Origin: Prevotella sp.
GTDB taxonomy: Bacteria > Bacteroidota > Bacteroidia > Bacteroidales > Dysgonomonadaceae
Assembly (NCBI GenBank): GCA_031285625.1
Contig: JAITVV010000095.1
Span: 128,001-192,000 of the forward strand
Length of the DNA: 64,000 bases
Direction of reading: 5' to 3'
Position numbers and translations under genes: made by a program. Below, piece after piece: positions 10,099-20,303 of this stretch. Every line of letters begins with the position of its first letter. Positions within the stretch are counted from its first letter, which is position 1. The notes under the pieces are model-generated. The model was not told the origin of the DNA. It saw nothing but the letters and a program-made list of their open reading frames with translations, and made no database searches.

Positions 10099-10746
10099 TT
10101 AGAAGAAATCTATACCCATCAGAGTTCCTGTTATAATACCGGCAACTCCCAACCCAATCAGCAATACACCTATTATTTTATTAAAAATCTGAAGTCCTCT
10201 CGGATTGAAACGCGTACGCAACTTATTCACAAAATATGTCACCAAAAGCCACCACAACATAGCTCCTATCCCAATAAAGAAGATGGAAATAAGATCGTAT
10301 CCAAAAGGCTTATCCGCATCGATAACGTTGAAACGGGCAAAAAGAGCGATATAAAGGAATAATGTAGCAATATTGGAGACGGTAAGAACCAGGGAGGAGA
10401 TAAAGACTTTCCATGAAGACATTGTGGTCTCTTTTAGTTTAGTCAGGTTTTTGGAAGGGTTTTTATTGAATACGAAATAGCCGAAAACAATAAGAACAAT
10501 ACTACCTACAACCTTCAACGGTCCCTCGTGCTGTTGAATAAATTCGGTACTGAAACCCAAACCCAGAGCAGCAATTATAGCTAATAAAGCAATTAGCATA
10601 TCACCCGCAGCAGCTCCTGCTCCGGTGACAAGTCCGTTTCTTTTCCCTTCATTTAATGTCCTCTGTATGCACAGCATCCCCACAGGCCCCATAGGCGCGG
10701 ATGACAGAAAACCAATAAATAACCCTTTTATAATGATATATACCAT
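10099..10746 (-). CDS. LysE family translocator
   Basis: APMGPVGMLCIQRTL N-terminal motif, six TM segments. Confidence 0.88.
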   Translation of the reverse strand: MVYIIIKGLFIGFLSSAPMGPVGMLCIQRTLNEGKRNGLVTGAGAAAGDMLIALLAIIAALGLGFSTEFIQQHEGPLKVVGSIVLIVFGYFVFNKNPSKNLTKLKETTMSSWKVFISSLVLTVSNIATLFLYIALFARFNVIDADKPFGYDLISIFFIGIGAMLWWLLVTYFVNKLRTRFNPRGLQIFNKIIGVLLIGLGVAGIITGTLMGIDFF

Positions 10747-11001
10747 TAACTCTTTTTTAGCGGGACTACCTGATTTTTAATCAGATAATGCTATAAAAGT
10801 ATCAACTTAGATAGTTAGGAATGTCCCTCTTCGACACAAAGATAGTATCAAAATCTTAAAGAATGGTACATTATGATACAAAACAAAACCTACCATTAAA
10901 TATTTTTAATCTAAAAATATCGTTATTAGGAACTATTATATATAAAATGTAGCGGATAAAGAGAAAATTTATATATTTGTATAACTCTCAATAAAGAAAA
11001 C

Positions 11002-11568
11002 ATGAAAAATATCATTATTATTTTAGCTGCGGTTTTCCTTTTTTCGAATAATTTATTTTCTCAAAATGTAGCTGAGCCTGAATTTGTAGGTGAAACTATA
11101 CTTCTTGGAGCAGACGATTCGGCCATTCCTCTCGAAAAATCACAAGCGCAGATCAAGACAAATGCAAACGCAGGTGCCTATATTGTAGGAATAGGAAGTA
11201 TTAAAACAAGACTGACAGTAAAAAAATGTTGTGCTTCGGTAAGGGTAAATCAGGCAGAACAGATTCAACTAATTGTACGCTCTTATGATAATTATACTGA
11301 TCCTTTGGCAGTCGTTACTGTCTTCCAATTTGAATCGAAAAAGAAAGAACGGCGTGCAGAATTAGAATCCGAATCTACCTTTTTCGGAGGAACATCTTCT
11401 AACAATATGACGATTCTGCCTTTCTCTGCTAAAAAGTTCGGAGAAAGTTCTTATCTGCTTACATTAGACAATGTCCAACCCGGAGAATATGGAGTGTTGG
11501 TAAATACGATAGATCAAAGGTCTACTATTGTTTCATGTTTTGGTATTGATAGTAATATTACAGAATAA
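11002..11568 (+). CDS. Secreted hypothetical protein
   Basis: Signal peptide; EPEFVGE and PGEYG motifs; TATATTTG promoter just upstream. Confidence 0.7.
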   Translation: MKNIIIILAAVFLFSNNLFSQNVAEPEFVGETILLGADDSAIPLEKSQAQIKTNANAGAYIVGIGSIKTRLTVKKCCASVRVNQAEQIQLIVRSYDNYTDPLAVVTVFQFESKKKERRAELESESTFFGGTSSNNMTILPFSAKKFGESSYLLTLDNVQPGEYGVLVNTIDQRSTIVSCFGIDSNITE

Positions 11569-11592
11569 TCATTTTTATATAAGAATAAAAAG

Positions 11593-11741
11593 AGGTTGTC
11601 TAAAAGGTATTTTTTACAATCTCTTTGTCATGTTGAACGGAGTGAAACATCTCGTGTCCGGAGGGTCGAGATTCTTCATTGCATTCAGAATGACAAAGAG
11701 AATAACACTTTGATAGTACAATTTTACTTTTGGGACAACCC
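11593..11741. repeat. Nested palindromic REP/MITE-like element, copy 2
   Basis: aggttgtc-taaaag...cttttgggacaacc outer ends; ctctttgtcat...atgacaaagag inner palindrome; between convergent genes. Confidence 0.85.
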
Positions 11742-11750
11742 CCTTTTTTA

Positions 11751-14036
11751 TTATATCGAACTTATTTTCAAACCTATAAAGAAAGTACGTGGTAATGATG
11801 GGCCATAAATATATTCCGAATCCCTGTCAGGCCCTTTATCATAATCTTTTTGTACCTGATTGAACATATTCTGTATCCCGCCATTGATCTCTACTTTATT
11901 TATAGCATTCAGGTTAAAGAAATAAGAAAGCTTCAATGTCATATCCATAAAACTACGTGTTTTAACAGTTTCGTCAAGCTCTATACCTTCTGCTCCGGCA
12001 AAGTGAGGTGTCAACATAGAGCCGGTATACACACCCGAAAGAGAGACTGCATAACTCTTATTCGGTATTGCTGTTGCCGAGAAGAATCCGTAAGTATCAG
12101 GTGAGCGAAGCATTTTCTTCACAGGTTTTACATAAGATTCTGATGACCAGTTTACAGGCTCAGTATATCTGCTCCGTTGCCATGTAAAACCACCTTGTAA
12201 TTCGAGCCAGTCTATAGGCTGAACAGTAGTCTCCAGATTCAGCCCATATACATAGGCACCATCACCATTCTTTCGTGTCATTATCGTATTCCCCATTGCA
12301 TCAGTACCGGTTTCCTCAACAATAAAAACCCTGTTTATTTTATTATAGAAACCTTCTAAAAGAAAATACGAATAGAACTTCTCATTAAACAAACTAAAAT
12401 CTATTCCTCCATTAAATGCATTCGAATATTCACGCTTCAGGTCTTCGCCCAAAACTGTAATAGTAGCATGTCCTCCAATAACGGGGATATCCAGATCTGA
12501 AGCTATAATCTCCGGAGCGCGGTATCCCATCGAGTAGGCAGCACGGAGATTCATATTTTCAGCTACTCTATACCTGATACTTCCCCGGGGAATAATATTC
12601 ATATTACTCAGTTTATTATGTTTATCACCTCTCACTCCTACTATAAGAGTAAGGTTATCGTCTCTCCATTCATTCTGCGCATAAAGGCTACTTACGTTTA
12701 CTATTTGTTTTATATTACGGCTATGAATAGTATCATGCAGATTGGTATATTCCTGTGTAAAACCTGCAGTAAACTTTGCCGGCATAAACAACAGTTTATC
12801 CATATTTACTTCATAACGCACTGTGCCCGTAGCTGCCAGCTCTGATGTGTTTCCATATCCGTTAAGATCATAACCTCCACCATAATAGCTATCTCTTGCA
12901 GTCTTTTGTATCGAACCGTTCACTGATAGTTTCCGTTTGTTATCTTCACTGGAATGAATATAACCAATCGTACCTGAATGTATTTTATAATCGGTAGTCT
13001 CGGCAATCAAGGCCTCGTGCGGAGGGCGTTTCATATTATCCCCTCCCCTTCTGTATTCAGATATATAATGATATTCTAAGGTCAGTTTATCACGCAGTGT
13101 CGGCTTTGTAAAACTACGAAAACCAACAGACGTTGCTTTATTTTTTCCTATTTCAGAAAAACCGTCATCATTGGCATCCCATGGATTACGATGACGCATA
13201 TTTGCGAACAAAGAGATCCCCGAAGTTTTAGTTCTGTCTACAAATGAAGAATTAAGAGATAATACATTATCTGCAGATTTACCATCTATCAGCGACATAT
13301 TATATTTCACCTGATAAGAATTCTTTTCAGGCTCTTTGGTTATTATATTTATAACCCCTCCTATCGCGTTTGCACCATAGAGCACAGAACCTCCACCACG
13401 TATAACCTCTACTTGCTCTATCATATTAGTTGGCATCTGCTCCAACCCGTACATCTTAGAAAGTGACGTGAAAACTGCCTGACCATCGATCAGCATCTGG
13501 GAATACTGCCCCTCAAGTCCGTTTATCCTTACTTCCTGCGTCCCACAGTTCTGACAATTAGTTTCCACCCTCAGTCCGGGCATATAATTCAATCCCTGAG
13601 ATAAAGAAACCGAGTTTGTGGCTTCAAACGTTTTGGTTGTTAACTCATTTACTACCACCGGAGAAATCTTTCTATTCAGCGACCTCAACGATGCTGTAAC
13701 AGCAACTTCCCCCAATTGCTGATTTTCGGGTTCGATGTACATAGTGACGTTTCGGGTAGCATTCTTGCCTATTATTACTTCCTGCCTCAAAGGAGAGTAG
13801 CCGATATATTGTGTTACCAGGATATATGTTCCTGCTGCAATACCATCCAGCGAGAAGTGTCCTGTCTCATCAGTAACAGTTGCGTATTGAGTTTTATCGA
13901 TATATACTGTAACACCGGGCAGGTGTTCTTCTGTTTGTCCGTCTAGTACATGACCTTTAATTGACGAGGTATTAGCTTGTGCATAAGCACCAACGGCTAA
14001 TAATATATTGAATGATAAAAGTATAAGCTTTTTCAT
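11751..14036 (-). CDS. TonB-dependent receptor with N-terminal CarboxypepD_reg-like domain, putative metal uptake
   Basis: Signal peptide; plug motifs IEQVEVIRGGGSVLYGANAIGGVINIITK; CQNC (CxxC) in plug; C-terminal YIYGPSLPRTFFIG beta strand. Confidence 0.92.
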   Translation of the reverse strand: MKKLILLSFNILLAVGAYAQANTSSIKGHVLDGQTEEHLPGVTVYIDKTQYATVTDETGHFSLDGIAAGTYILVTQYIGYSPLRQEVIIGKNATRNVTMYIEPENQQLGEVAVTASLRSLNRKISPVVVNELTTKTFEATNSVSLSQGLNYMPGLRVETNCQNCGTQEVRINGLEGQYSQMLIDGQAVFTSLSKMYGLEQMPTNMIEQVEVIRGGGSVLYGANAIGGVINIITKEPEKNSYQVKYNMSLIDGKSADNVLSLNSSFVDRTKTSGISLFANMRHRNPWDANDDGFSEIGKNKATSVGFRSFTKPTLRDKLTLEYHYISEYRRGGDNMKRPPHEALIAETTDYKIHSGTIGYIHSSEDNKRKLSVNGSIQKTARDSYYGGGYDLNGYGNTSELAATGTVRYEVNMDKLLFMPAKFTAGFTQEYTNLHDTIHSRNIKQIVNVSSLYAQNEWRDDNLTLIVGVRGDKHNKLSNMNIIPRGSIRYRVAENMNLRAAYSMGYRAPEIIASDLDIPVIGGHATITVLGEDLKREYSNAFNGGIDFSLFNEKFYSYFLLEGFYNKINRVFIVEETGTDAMGNTIMTRKNGDGAYVYGLNLETTVQPIDWLELQGGFTWQRSRYTEPVNWSSESYVKPVKKMLRSPDTYGFFSATAIPNKSYAVSLSGVYTGSMLTPHFAGAEGIELDETVKTRSFMDMTLKLSYFFNLNAINKVEINGGIQNMFNQVQKDYDKGPDRDSEYIYGPSLPRTFFIGLKISSI

Positions 14037-14212
14037 GTTAAATATAATGTATGTAAAACAAATACACCAAGTATCTATCCTACAAAGATATGTGGCAGCA
14101 CAAACCCAAGAAAAAATTGTGTCGCCTTAATAATTTATACGAATAAGGGTTGATTACGGGAATGTAATCAACAACAAAAATCGGGTCTCGAAATAAGAGA
14201 CAGATTTCAAAC

Positions 14213-14593
14213 TTATAAAACTGAAAAAGGTGGTGCCCTATGGTTGAAGTAACATATAGCAGGAGGTATAATGTCCTTTAAGATAACCTGCTTATATGTA
14301 ATCTTGAGCTGAGGCATAATCATTGCCTCAAAGCTATTTTCTACCGCTTCGAAAGATGCAGTATTAGATAATTGATTGAATGTAAAGAAACCGGCCGATG
14401 TATGGTGATGCGTCTCAAATGGAGGTTGCTTATTATCATCAGCTTCCTTGGCTAGTTTTTTATATGGATGGGAATGTACATAAATAACGCCATTGTATAT
14501 ATGGCTATGTACATAATAAGAAACACAGCCGAAATATCCTATATATAACAGGAGCAATATTCCGGCTGTGTATTTTATTTTATTGGCTGACAT
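14213..14593 (-). CDS. His-rich membrane-anchored leader protein with C-terminal RAPP motif (putative ribosome arrest peptide)
   Basis: N-terminal hydrophobic helix; HSH...VHSHPY...THHH; ends NH-RAPP-FSVL; directly upstream of the TonB receptor. Confidence 0.75.
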   Translation of the reverse strand: MSANKIKYTAGILLLLYIGYFGCVSYYVHSHIYNGVIYVHSHPYKKLAKEADDNKQPPFETHHHTSAGFFTFNQLSNTASFEAVENSFEAMIMPQLKITYKQVILKDIIPPAICYFNHRAPPFSVL

Positions 14594-14619
14594 CGAATCA
14601 GTCTTTATTTATCTTTTTG

Positions 14620-16026
14620 TCAGTACTGGCTATTATAGTTACTGAATATTAGTCCCATCTTCATATTTTCTTCATCAGTTCTGAGTACTGCAGATGTAGG
14701 GCTCATCTGATTATATACATTTGTATATGCATAATATGAAGATCCCGAACTTGATGTTGCCTGCTGATATTTAGTAGAGATAGGTATTACCAGATATGTA
14801 AGATCAGGTATATTATCCTTACCCTTATATTCATCCATATAATAATTTATCATGTTGGCAATATTAGTGGAAGTCCCACCTACCACATTACTATAAGTAA
14901 AATTATATGTATTTGTAGATGATGACAGTTCCATAATAAAACTGGTCTTGGCATCCGGCATTTTCTTATTCAGGAAGAAGTTGTTCAACGAATCCCGATT
15001 AATAAATAATAATGTAGTAGACCTGCCTAAATTAGATTTCTCTTCCTCTTCTGTATATCCTTTAATTTTAAAGTTTGCTGCATTCAGCTTATTATTCTTT
15101 TTACCAGAATCGGCAGCTTTTTTCATTATCTCACCCAATGGAATAGTCAACTCGGTGCAGACTCCGGCAGGACTCTTCAGGTAAGTACGGGTATCAGCAT
15201 TTGTAAATAAATTATCAGGAATTGAATTTTGTATATGATTCATCTGAATAACCTCTGGTGTCACTGTCAGCCTGAATAAGCCTACACGTGTAGAATCGGC
15301 TGTATCGGCAACATTACGGCCTGTATATTTCAGATAAATACGAAGTACGGTGGTATTTATACTCAATAAACTACCGGTACCGAAGCTATTTGTAACATAA
15401 ATCCCTTTAAAGAACTCTTTTAATGTTTCAGAATTCTTAAATGTAGCACCTTTTGAGTTTACCCATTCATCATAAAATTCCTGTCCGAGAGACCGGTCAG
15501 TTCTCAATAAGAAACTTCTCAACCCACTCGAAGCCGGGGTATCTTGTATAGTAAATACACCTTGCCCTAGTGGTTTGGACATATCACAATATTTCTTAGG
15601 ATCCACGTTGGTGAAGAAGTTCGATTTTAAAGGTTGAGTTACCCGGTAAGCAGAAATACCAAAAGGAGATATACTATCGCCTATAAATTGCTCGGAGATA
15701 ACTTCGATGAATGCTGAATCTATTGACAGGGTTTTATCCGGGAAAGTGGCATTTTCAGGACAATATAGTTCACTCAGATAATCTGAACTAACTTTTCCAA
15801 ATACAGGATCAGTGTAATTCCCCAATAAAGCCCATTCAGTACGGGCATATACCGAATCTTTCATTGAGACTGTTTTCGCTTTTATCAGAACGGTATCAAT
15901 AGATAATCCTATGCCATCACCATCCGGCTGTATTGAATTTCCTACCTGATTAATATCATCATCACACGCAACAAAAACGATCATTAAGATTGCAATTGCA
16001 AGATTCAGTAGTGCTTTAATTTTCAT
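14620..16026 (-). CDS. DUF4270 family lipoprotein
   Basis: Lipobox FVAC-DDD; LLGNYTDPVFG and FFKGIYV motifs; usual neighbour of the glycogen synthase-domain gene in Bacteroidota. Confidence 0.82.
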   Translation of the reverse strand: MKIKALLNLAIAILMIVFVACDDDINQVGNSIQPDGDGIGLSIDTVLIKAKTVSMKDSVYARTEWALLGNYTDPVFGKVSSDYLSELYCPENATFPDKTLSIDSAFIEVISEQFIGDSISPFGISAYRVTQPLKSNFFTNVDPKKYCDMSKPLGQGVFTIQDTPASSGLRSFLLRTDRSLGQEFYDEWVNSKGATFKNSETLKEFFKGIYVTNSFGTGSLLSINTTVLRIYLKYTGRNVADTADSTRVGLFRLTVTPEVIQMNHIQNSIPDNLFTNADTRTYLKSPAGVCTELTIPLGEIMKKAADSGKKNNKLNAANFKIKGYTEEEEKSNLGRSTTLLFINRDSLNNFFLNKKMPDAKTSFIMELSSSTNTYNFTYSNVVGGTSTNIANMINYYMDEYKGKDNIPDLTYLVIPISTKYQQATSSSGSSYYAYTNVYNQMSPTSAVLRTDEENMKMGLIFSNYNSQY

Positions 16027-16066
16027 TCAAAATTAATGGTTTAATTAAATTGGGTTCAAATATCAT

Positions 16067-16104
16067 AAAAAATGCTGTTCTCATGAAATAAAACAGCATT
16101 TTTA
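16067..16104. terminator. Inverted repeat between the glycogen synthase-like gene and DUF4270
   Basis: aaaaatgctgtt/aacagcattttt. Confidence 0.55.
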
Positions 16105-16123
16105 TAGATTTATTTTAGATACT

Positions 16124-16930
16124 TTAAAGATTCTCGTAAAAATTATTGATCGCATCAACAGAATTTTCTAAATCTCCCTGATAAGAAAGGAAATTCTTCC
16201 CTGATTTATTCACATAATCAAGTACGTTCTGGTTGACAGAATCTTCACTCTGTATAACTCCATCAGCATGTTTAACTGCAAAATTAGAAAGAGTTTCGTA
16301 ATCCACAATACCTTTTAGTTCTGCTATATCTTTATCTTTTATCCCGTCAAACTTTAGTTTTTCGATAAACTTGTCGCTGAAAGGTTGTTTGAAATCATCG
16401 TTATATAAAGAATAAACTACCTTTGAATTCTTGAAACAAGGATCATCTGCATAAGCAGCCTTGATGTATAGCCCGGTAAGGGCAGTCATCCAACCATGGC
16501 AATCTATCACGTCCGGTATCCAGCGAAGTTTCTTTATTGTTTCCAATACTCCCCTTACATAAAAGATACTACGTTCGTCATTATCTTTAAACTCTACATC
16601 ATTATCGTCTGCAATAGTATGCTTACGTTTAAAATAATCATCGTTATCTATGAAGTAGATCTGCATTCTTGCAGCTTGTATAGATGCTACTTTAATAATT
16701 AGAGGATGATCTGTATCATCAATAATAAGATTCATTCCGGATAAGCGAATAACCTCGTGTAGTTGGTTTCTCCGTTCATTGATGCTTCCAAACTTTGGCA
16801 TGAAAGTCCTTATTTCTTGTCCTTTTTCTTGTATAGCTTGTGGTAAGTATCTACAATTTGTCGCAACTGGTGAATCTGGTAAATAAGGAGTAATCTCCTG
16901 TGTGATGTATAAAACTTTTTTTGTGCCCAT
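16124..16930 (-). CDS. Glycogen/starch synthase catalytic-domain protein (GT5 N-terminal domain only)
   Basis: EIRTFMPKFGSINERRNQLHEVIRLSG and PDVIDCHGW; 268 aa, lacks the second Rossmann domain. Confidence 0.88.
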   Translation of the reverse strand: MGTKKVLYITQEITPYLPDSPVATNCRYLPQAIQEKGQEIRTFMPKFGSINERRNQLHEVIRLSGMNLIIDDTDHPLIIKVASIQAARMQIYFIDNDDYFKRKHTIADDNDVEFKDNDERSIFYVRGVLETIKKLRWIPDVIDCHGWMTALTGLYIKAAYADDPCFKNSKVVYSLYNDDFKQPFSDKFIEKLKFDGIKDKDIAELKGIVDYETLSNFAVKHADGVIQSEDSVNQNVLDYVNKSGKNFLSYQGDLENSVDAINNFYENL

Positions 16931-17149
16931 TTAATTTTCCTCTTCTGAAATTGAGACTACAAAGATAATAAAAAAAAATCTTGTTTTTTGCAAATTTTGC
17001 AACACAAAATTCTGTTTTCCTTCATTTTAAGAGGATCACGTTCGTTTTTAATCCATTTTATTCGTTAAAATTCAGAACAAAAAGTCTTGATTGTTTCGTG
17101 GTTACATAAATATTTATTTGCTTTGTATCCTCTTTTGATTTTGAAGAAA

Positions 17150-17995
17150 ATGGAAGTACTAAAAACCGTAAAAGAAGTACAGGACAAGTTTATATCTTTG
17201 CGTTCACAGGGGAAAACAATTGGATTTGTTCCTACAATGGGAGCCCTTCATGAAGGGCATCTTTCTTTAGTGAAACAGTGTATTGCTGATAATGATATTT
17301 GTATTGTCAGTATTTTTGTTAATCCGACCCAATTTAACAATAAAGAGGATCTGGTAAAATATCCGCGCGATCTGGAAAAAGACAGCCAATATCTTGCAGA
17401 AGCGGGAGTAAACTTCATTTTTGCACCATCAGAAAAAGAGATTTATCCTGAACCAGATACCCGGCAATTTGACTTTGGGCAGATAGATAAGGTAATGGAA
17501 GGCGTACACCGCCCGGGGCATTTCAATGGAGTAGCTCAGGTCGTAAGCCGCCTGTTTGACATAGTGAAACCCGACAAGGCTTATTTTGGAGAGAAAGATT
17601 TTCAGCAATTGGCTATAATCAGAGAAATGGTTAAGCAATTGAATCTGTCTGTGCAAATCGTAGCAATGCCAATAGTAAGAGAAGCCAGCGGACTTGCACT
17701 AAGCAGCAGAAATGAAAGACTTACTTCTAAACAAAAAGAGGTAGCTGTAAATATTTCCAAAACATTGTTTGAAAGCAAAAAGTGGATGGATAATCTTTCG
17801 GTGAAACAGGTAATTGACAAAGTTACAGATACATTGAATTCGTTTGACGAGTTGAATGTTGAGTATTATGAAATAGCAGATGGCTATACTTTACAATCAG
17901 TAAAAGACTGGAAGGGTGCCAATTATATTGTAGGGTGTATCGCCGTTTTTTGTGGCGATGTACGTTTAATTGATAATATTATATACAAAGCGTAA
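17150..17995 (+). CDS. panC: Pantoate-beta-alanine ligase
   Basis: VPTMGALHEGH, FVNPTQF, RPGHFNGV, FGEKDFQQ, ALSSRN, RLIDN; ATG at 17150. Confidence 0.97.
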   Translation: MEVLKTVKEVQDKFISLRSQGKTIGFVPTMGALHEGHLSLVKQCIADNDICIVSIFVNPTQFNNKEDLVKYPRDLEKDSQYLAEAGVNFIFAPSEKEIYPEPDTRQFDFGQIDKVMEGVHRPGHFNGVAQVVSRLFDIVKPDKAYFGEKDFQQLAIIREMVKQLNLSVQIVAMPIVREASGLALSSRNERLTSKQKEVAVNISKTLFESKKWMDNLSVKQVIDKVTDTLNSFDELNVEYYEIADGYTLQSVKDWKGANYIVGCIAVFCGDVRLIDNIIYKA

Positions 17996-18016
17996 GCGCA
18001 TTTATTAAATAAGGAA

Positions 18017-18370
18017 ATGATTATAGAGGTTGTAAAATCGAAGTTACATCGTGTTACAGTAACCGAAGCTAACTTGAATTACATCGGAAGCATCACTATT
18101 GATGAAGATTTGATGGACGCAGCAAACCTGATTGAAGGCGAAAAAGTCCAGATTGTTAATAATAACAATGGAGAACGCCTCGAAACGTATGTTATAAGAG
18201 GGGAACGCGGATCGGGATCGATTTGTCTTAACGGTGCTGCTGCACGCAAAGTACAGCCCGGAGACGTTGTTATTATTATGTCTTATGCCCAAATGGAATT
18301 CGAGGAAGCCAAATCCTTTAAGCCATGGGTGGTATTTCCTGACACAAAGACTAACAAGATCATAAAATAA
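18017..18370 (+). CDS. panD: Aspartate 1-decarboxylase
   Basis: [14 protein letters not shown] pyruvoyl cleavage site, ICLNGAAAR. Confidence 0.97.
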   Translation: MIIEVVKSKLHRVTVTEANLNYIGSITIDEDLMDAANLIEGEKVQIVNNNNGERLETYVIRGERGSGSICLNGAAARKVQPGDVVIIMSYAQMEFEEAKSFKPWVVFPDTKTNKIIK

Positions 18371-18484
18371 GCTTTCTTAATTAAAGCTTAGCGAGAAAGT
18401 AATAGTAATTACTTCTAATTGTACGATATTGGGATAAAAAATCAATTCCAATATAATAAGATTCACTTCTTACCAAAGATTATC

Positions 18485-19840
18485 ATGCATTCATATTCAT
18501 ATAAAGACATATGGAAGATAAGCATACCTATCATGCTGGGACTATTGGCCCAAAGTATAGTACAGCTTACCGGAACATTCTTTCTGGGACACTATTCTGT
18601 ACCCGGCCATCCAGGACTGGCAGGTATATATCAAAGCGCTTCGGGACTGGCGGGAATATACTATGTTGCCATATTTACTATCTGCTTCGGATTCAGTATT
18701 GGCGGACAGATCATGATCAGCCGCCGCAACGGAGAAAAGAATTATGATAAAATAGGCACAATCGTTATACAGGGGCTTATGTTCCTGCAGGTCTTTGCAC
18801 TTATCCTATTCCTTTTATCACAGTTAGTTATCGATCAGGTTCTGTCTACTTTCTTAAAATCACCAGAAGTATTTAGTGCAATCGACAAATACCTGTCGTG
18901 GCGTATTTATGGATTTTTCTTCGCTGCTTTCAACGTTATGTTCCGTGCATTCTATGTAGGGATTGCACGCACCAAAGTATTAACCTTCAACGCTATTACG
19001 ATGGCTATCGTGAACATTATAGCCGATTATGCACTGATATTCGGTAACTTCGGATGCCCCGAACTGGGAATAGAAGGGGCTGCCATAGCCGCTGTATTAT
19101 CTGAGATAGCATCCGTACTATTCTTTACCATCTATACATTCATAACCATAGATTTTAAGAAATATGGCTTTGCCAAGATGAGGTTCAAAATGTCAATTAT
19201 CAAAAACATCTTGAATATTTCCTCATTCACAATGGTGCAATACCTTATCTCGATGTCTACATGGTTCATTTTCTTCGTGGCCATTGAGCAACACTCCGAA
19301 GATGCTCTCAAAATAACGAATCTCGTCCGGAGCTTCTACATGGTTTATTTCATCCCGATGAATGCCCTGGCAACCACAGCGAATACACTAGTAGGGAATA
19401 CAATCGGATCGGGAAACATAAAAGGCGTGATTCCGCTTATAAAAAGAATATGCCTGTTGAGCCTGGGAATAACCTCTTTCATGATGGTTGTCACGTTGAT
19501 TTCACCAAAATTCTGGATATCTTTTATAGCTCCTATCGATCAGGTATCCCTTATCGGCGAAACGGTAATGCCTCTGATTGTATTATTGCTCTCTCTTCCT
19601 ATATCCTCTATAGGAACAGTTGTGTTCAATTCCATATCGGGAACCGGTAACACCAAAGCCGCCCTGTTTCTGGAAGTTATAACGATGTGCATCTATATCG
19701 GGGCAATGAGCTGGATTGTGATTTACAAGCAAATGTCAGTAGCATGGTGCTGGACTGTAGAGTATTTCTACTGGGGGCCTCTGCTCATATTTTCTGTTGT
19801 ATACCTTACACGTGCCAGATGGCAAAACAAAAAGGTATAA
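18485..19840 (+). CDS. MATE family efflux transporter
   Basis: Twelve TM segments; LIFGNFGCPELGIEGAAIA motif; ATG at 18485. Confidence 0.9.
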   Translation: MHSYSYKDIWKISIPIMLGLLAQSIVQLTGTFFLGHYSVPGHPGLAGIYQSASGLAGIYYVAIFTICFGFSIGGQIMISRRNGEKNYDKIGTIVIQGLMFLQVFALILFLLSQLVIDQVLSTFLKSPEVFSAIDKYLSWRIYGFFFAAFNVMFRAFYVGIARTKVLTFNAITMAIVNIIADYALIFGNFGCPELGIEGAAIAAVLSEIASVLFFTIYTFITIDFKKYGFAKMRFKMSIIKNILNISSFTMVQYLISMSTWFIFFVAIEQHSEDALKITNLVRSFYMVYFIPMNALATTANTLVGNTIGSGNIKGVIPLIKRICLLSLGITSFMMVVTLISPKFWISFIAPIDQVSLIGETVMPLIVLLLSLPISSIGTVVFNSISGTGNTKAALFLEVITMCIYIGAMSWIVIYKQMSVAWCWTVEYFYWGPLLIFSVVYLTRARWQNKKV

Positions 19841-19868
19841 ATAGAGGTATTGATACAAACCTTTTTTA

Positions 19869-20303
19869 TATCTTTGTTTCATATAAACGACTACAATTTG
19901 AGAACTATTCTTTTATATATAGCTTAATATTAGCCCCATCTTACTACAGGCTAATTATTCCTTTCCTGTTTGAATCGCATTCAAGCAGGTAATTACTCTT
20001 GTTTTTGTCAGAATACAACGTACCTGCACAAAATGCATGGTTTCCGTCTGTGCACAAGAGCACATTATAAACAAAAATCAAATTCACGAAACACCATATT
20101 TTGAGACCGATCATCTTATATATCACGGCATAATATTAGTTTCAATACTTCGAACTAATATTCTTTTTCGTTTGGGCTTTCTGCTCAGATAGTACTTTCT
20201 ATTGCTTTACTCTTTACTATCAAGTATCTGGCACCTTACCGAATAGAAGTATAACCAAAGTATTAAGAATTTGAATGTCGAAAAATAAGAATTACTCCAA
20301 AAT
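19869..20303 (+). promoter_or_regulatory. Bacteroidota promoter (TATCTTTG) followed by a long structured leader
   Basis: TAnnTTTG at 19869-19876; hairpins at 19965-19989 and 20132-20162 (the latter followed by a T-tract). Confidence 0.45.

Noticed and set aside
11528-11808. Short ORFs 11528..11713 and 11596..11808 (also 63146..63346)
   Set aside because: They are translations of the palindromic repeat elements and overlap real genes.
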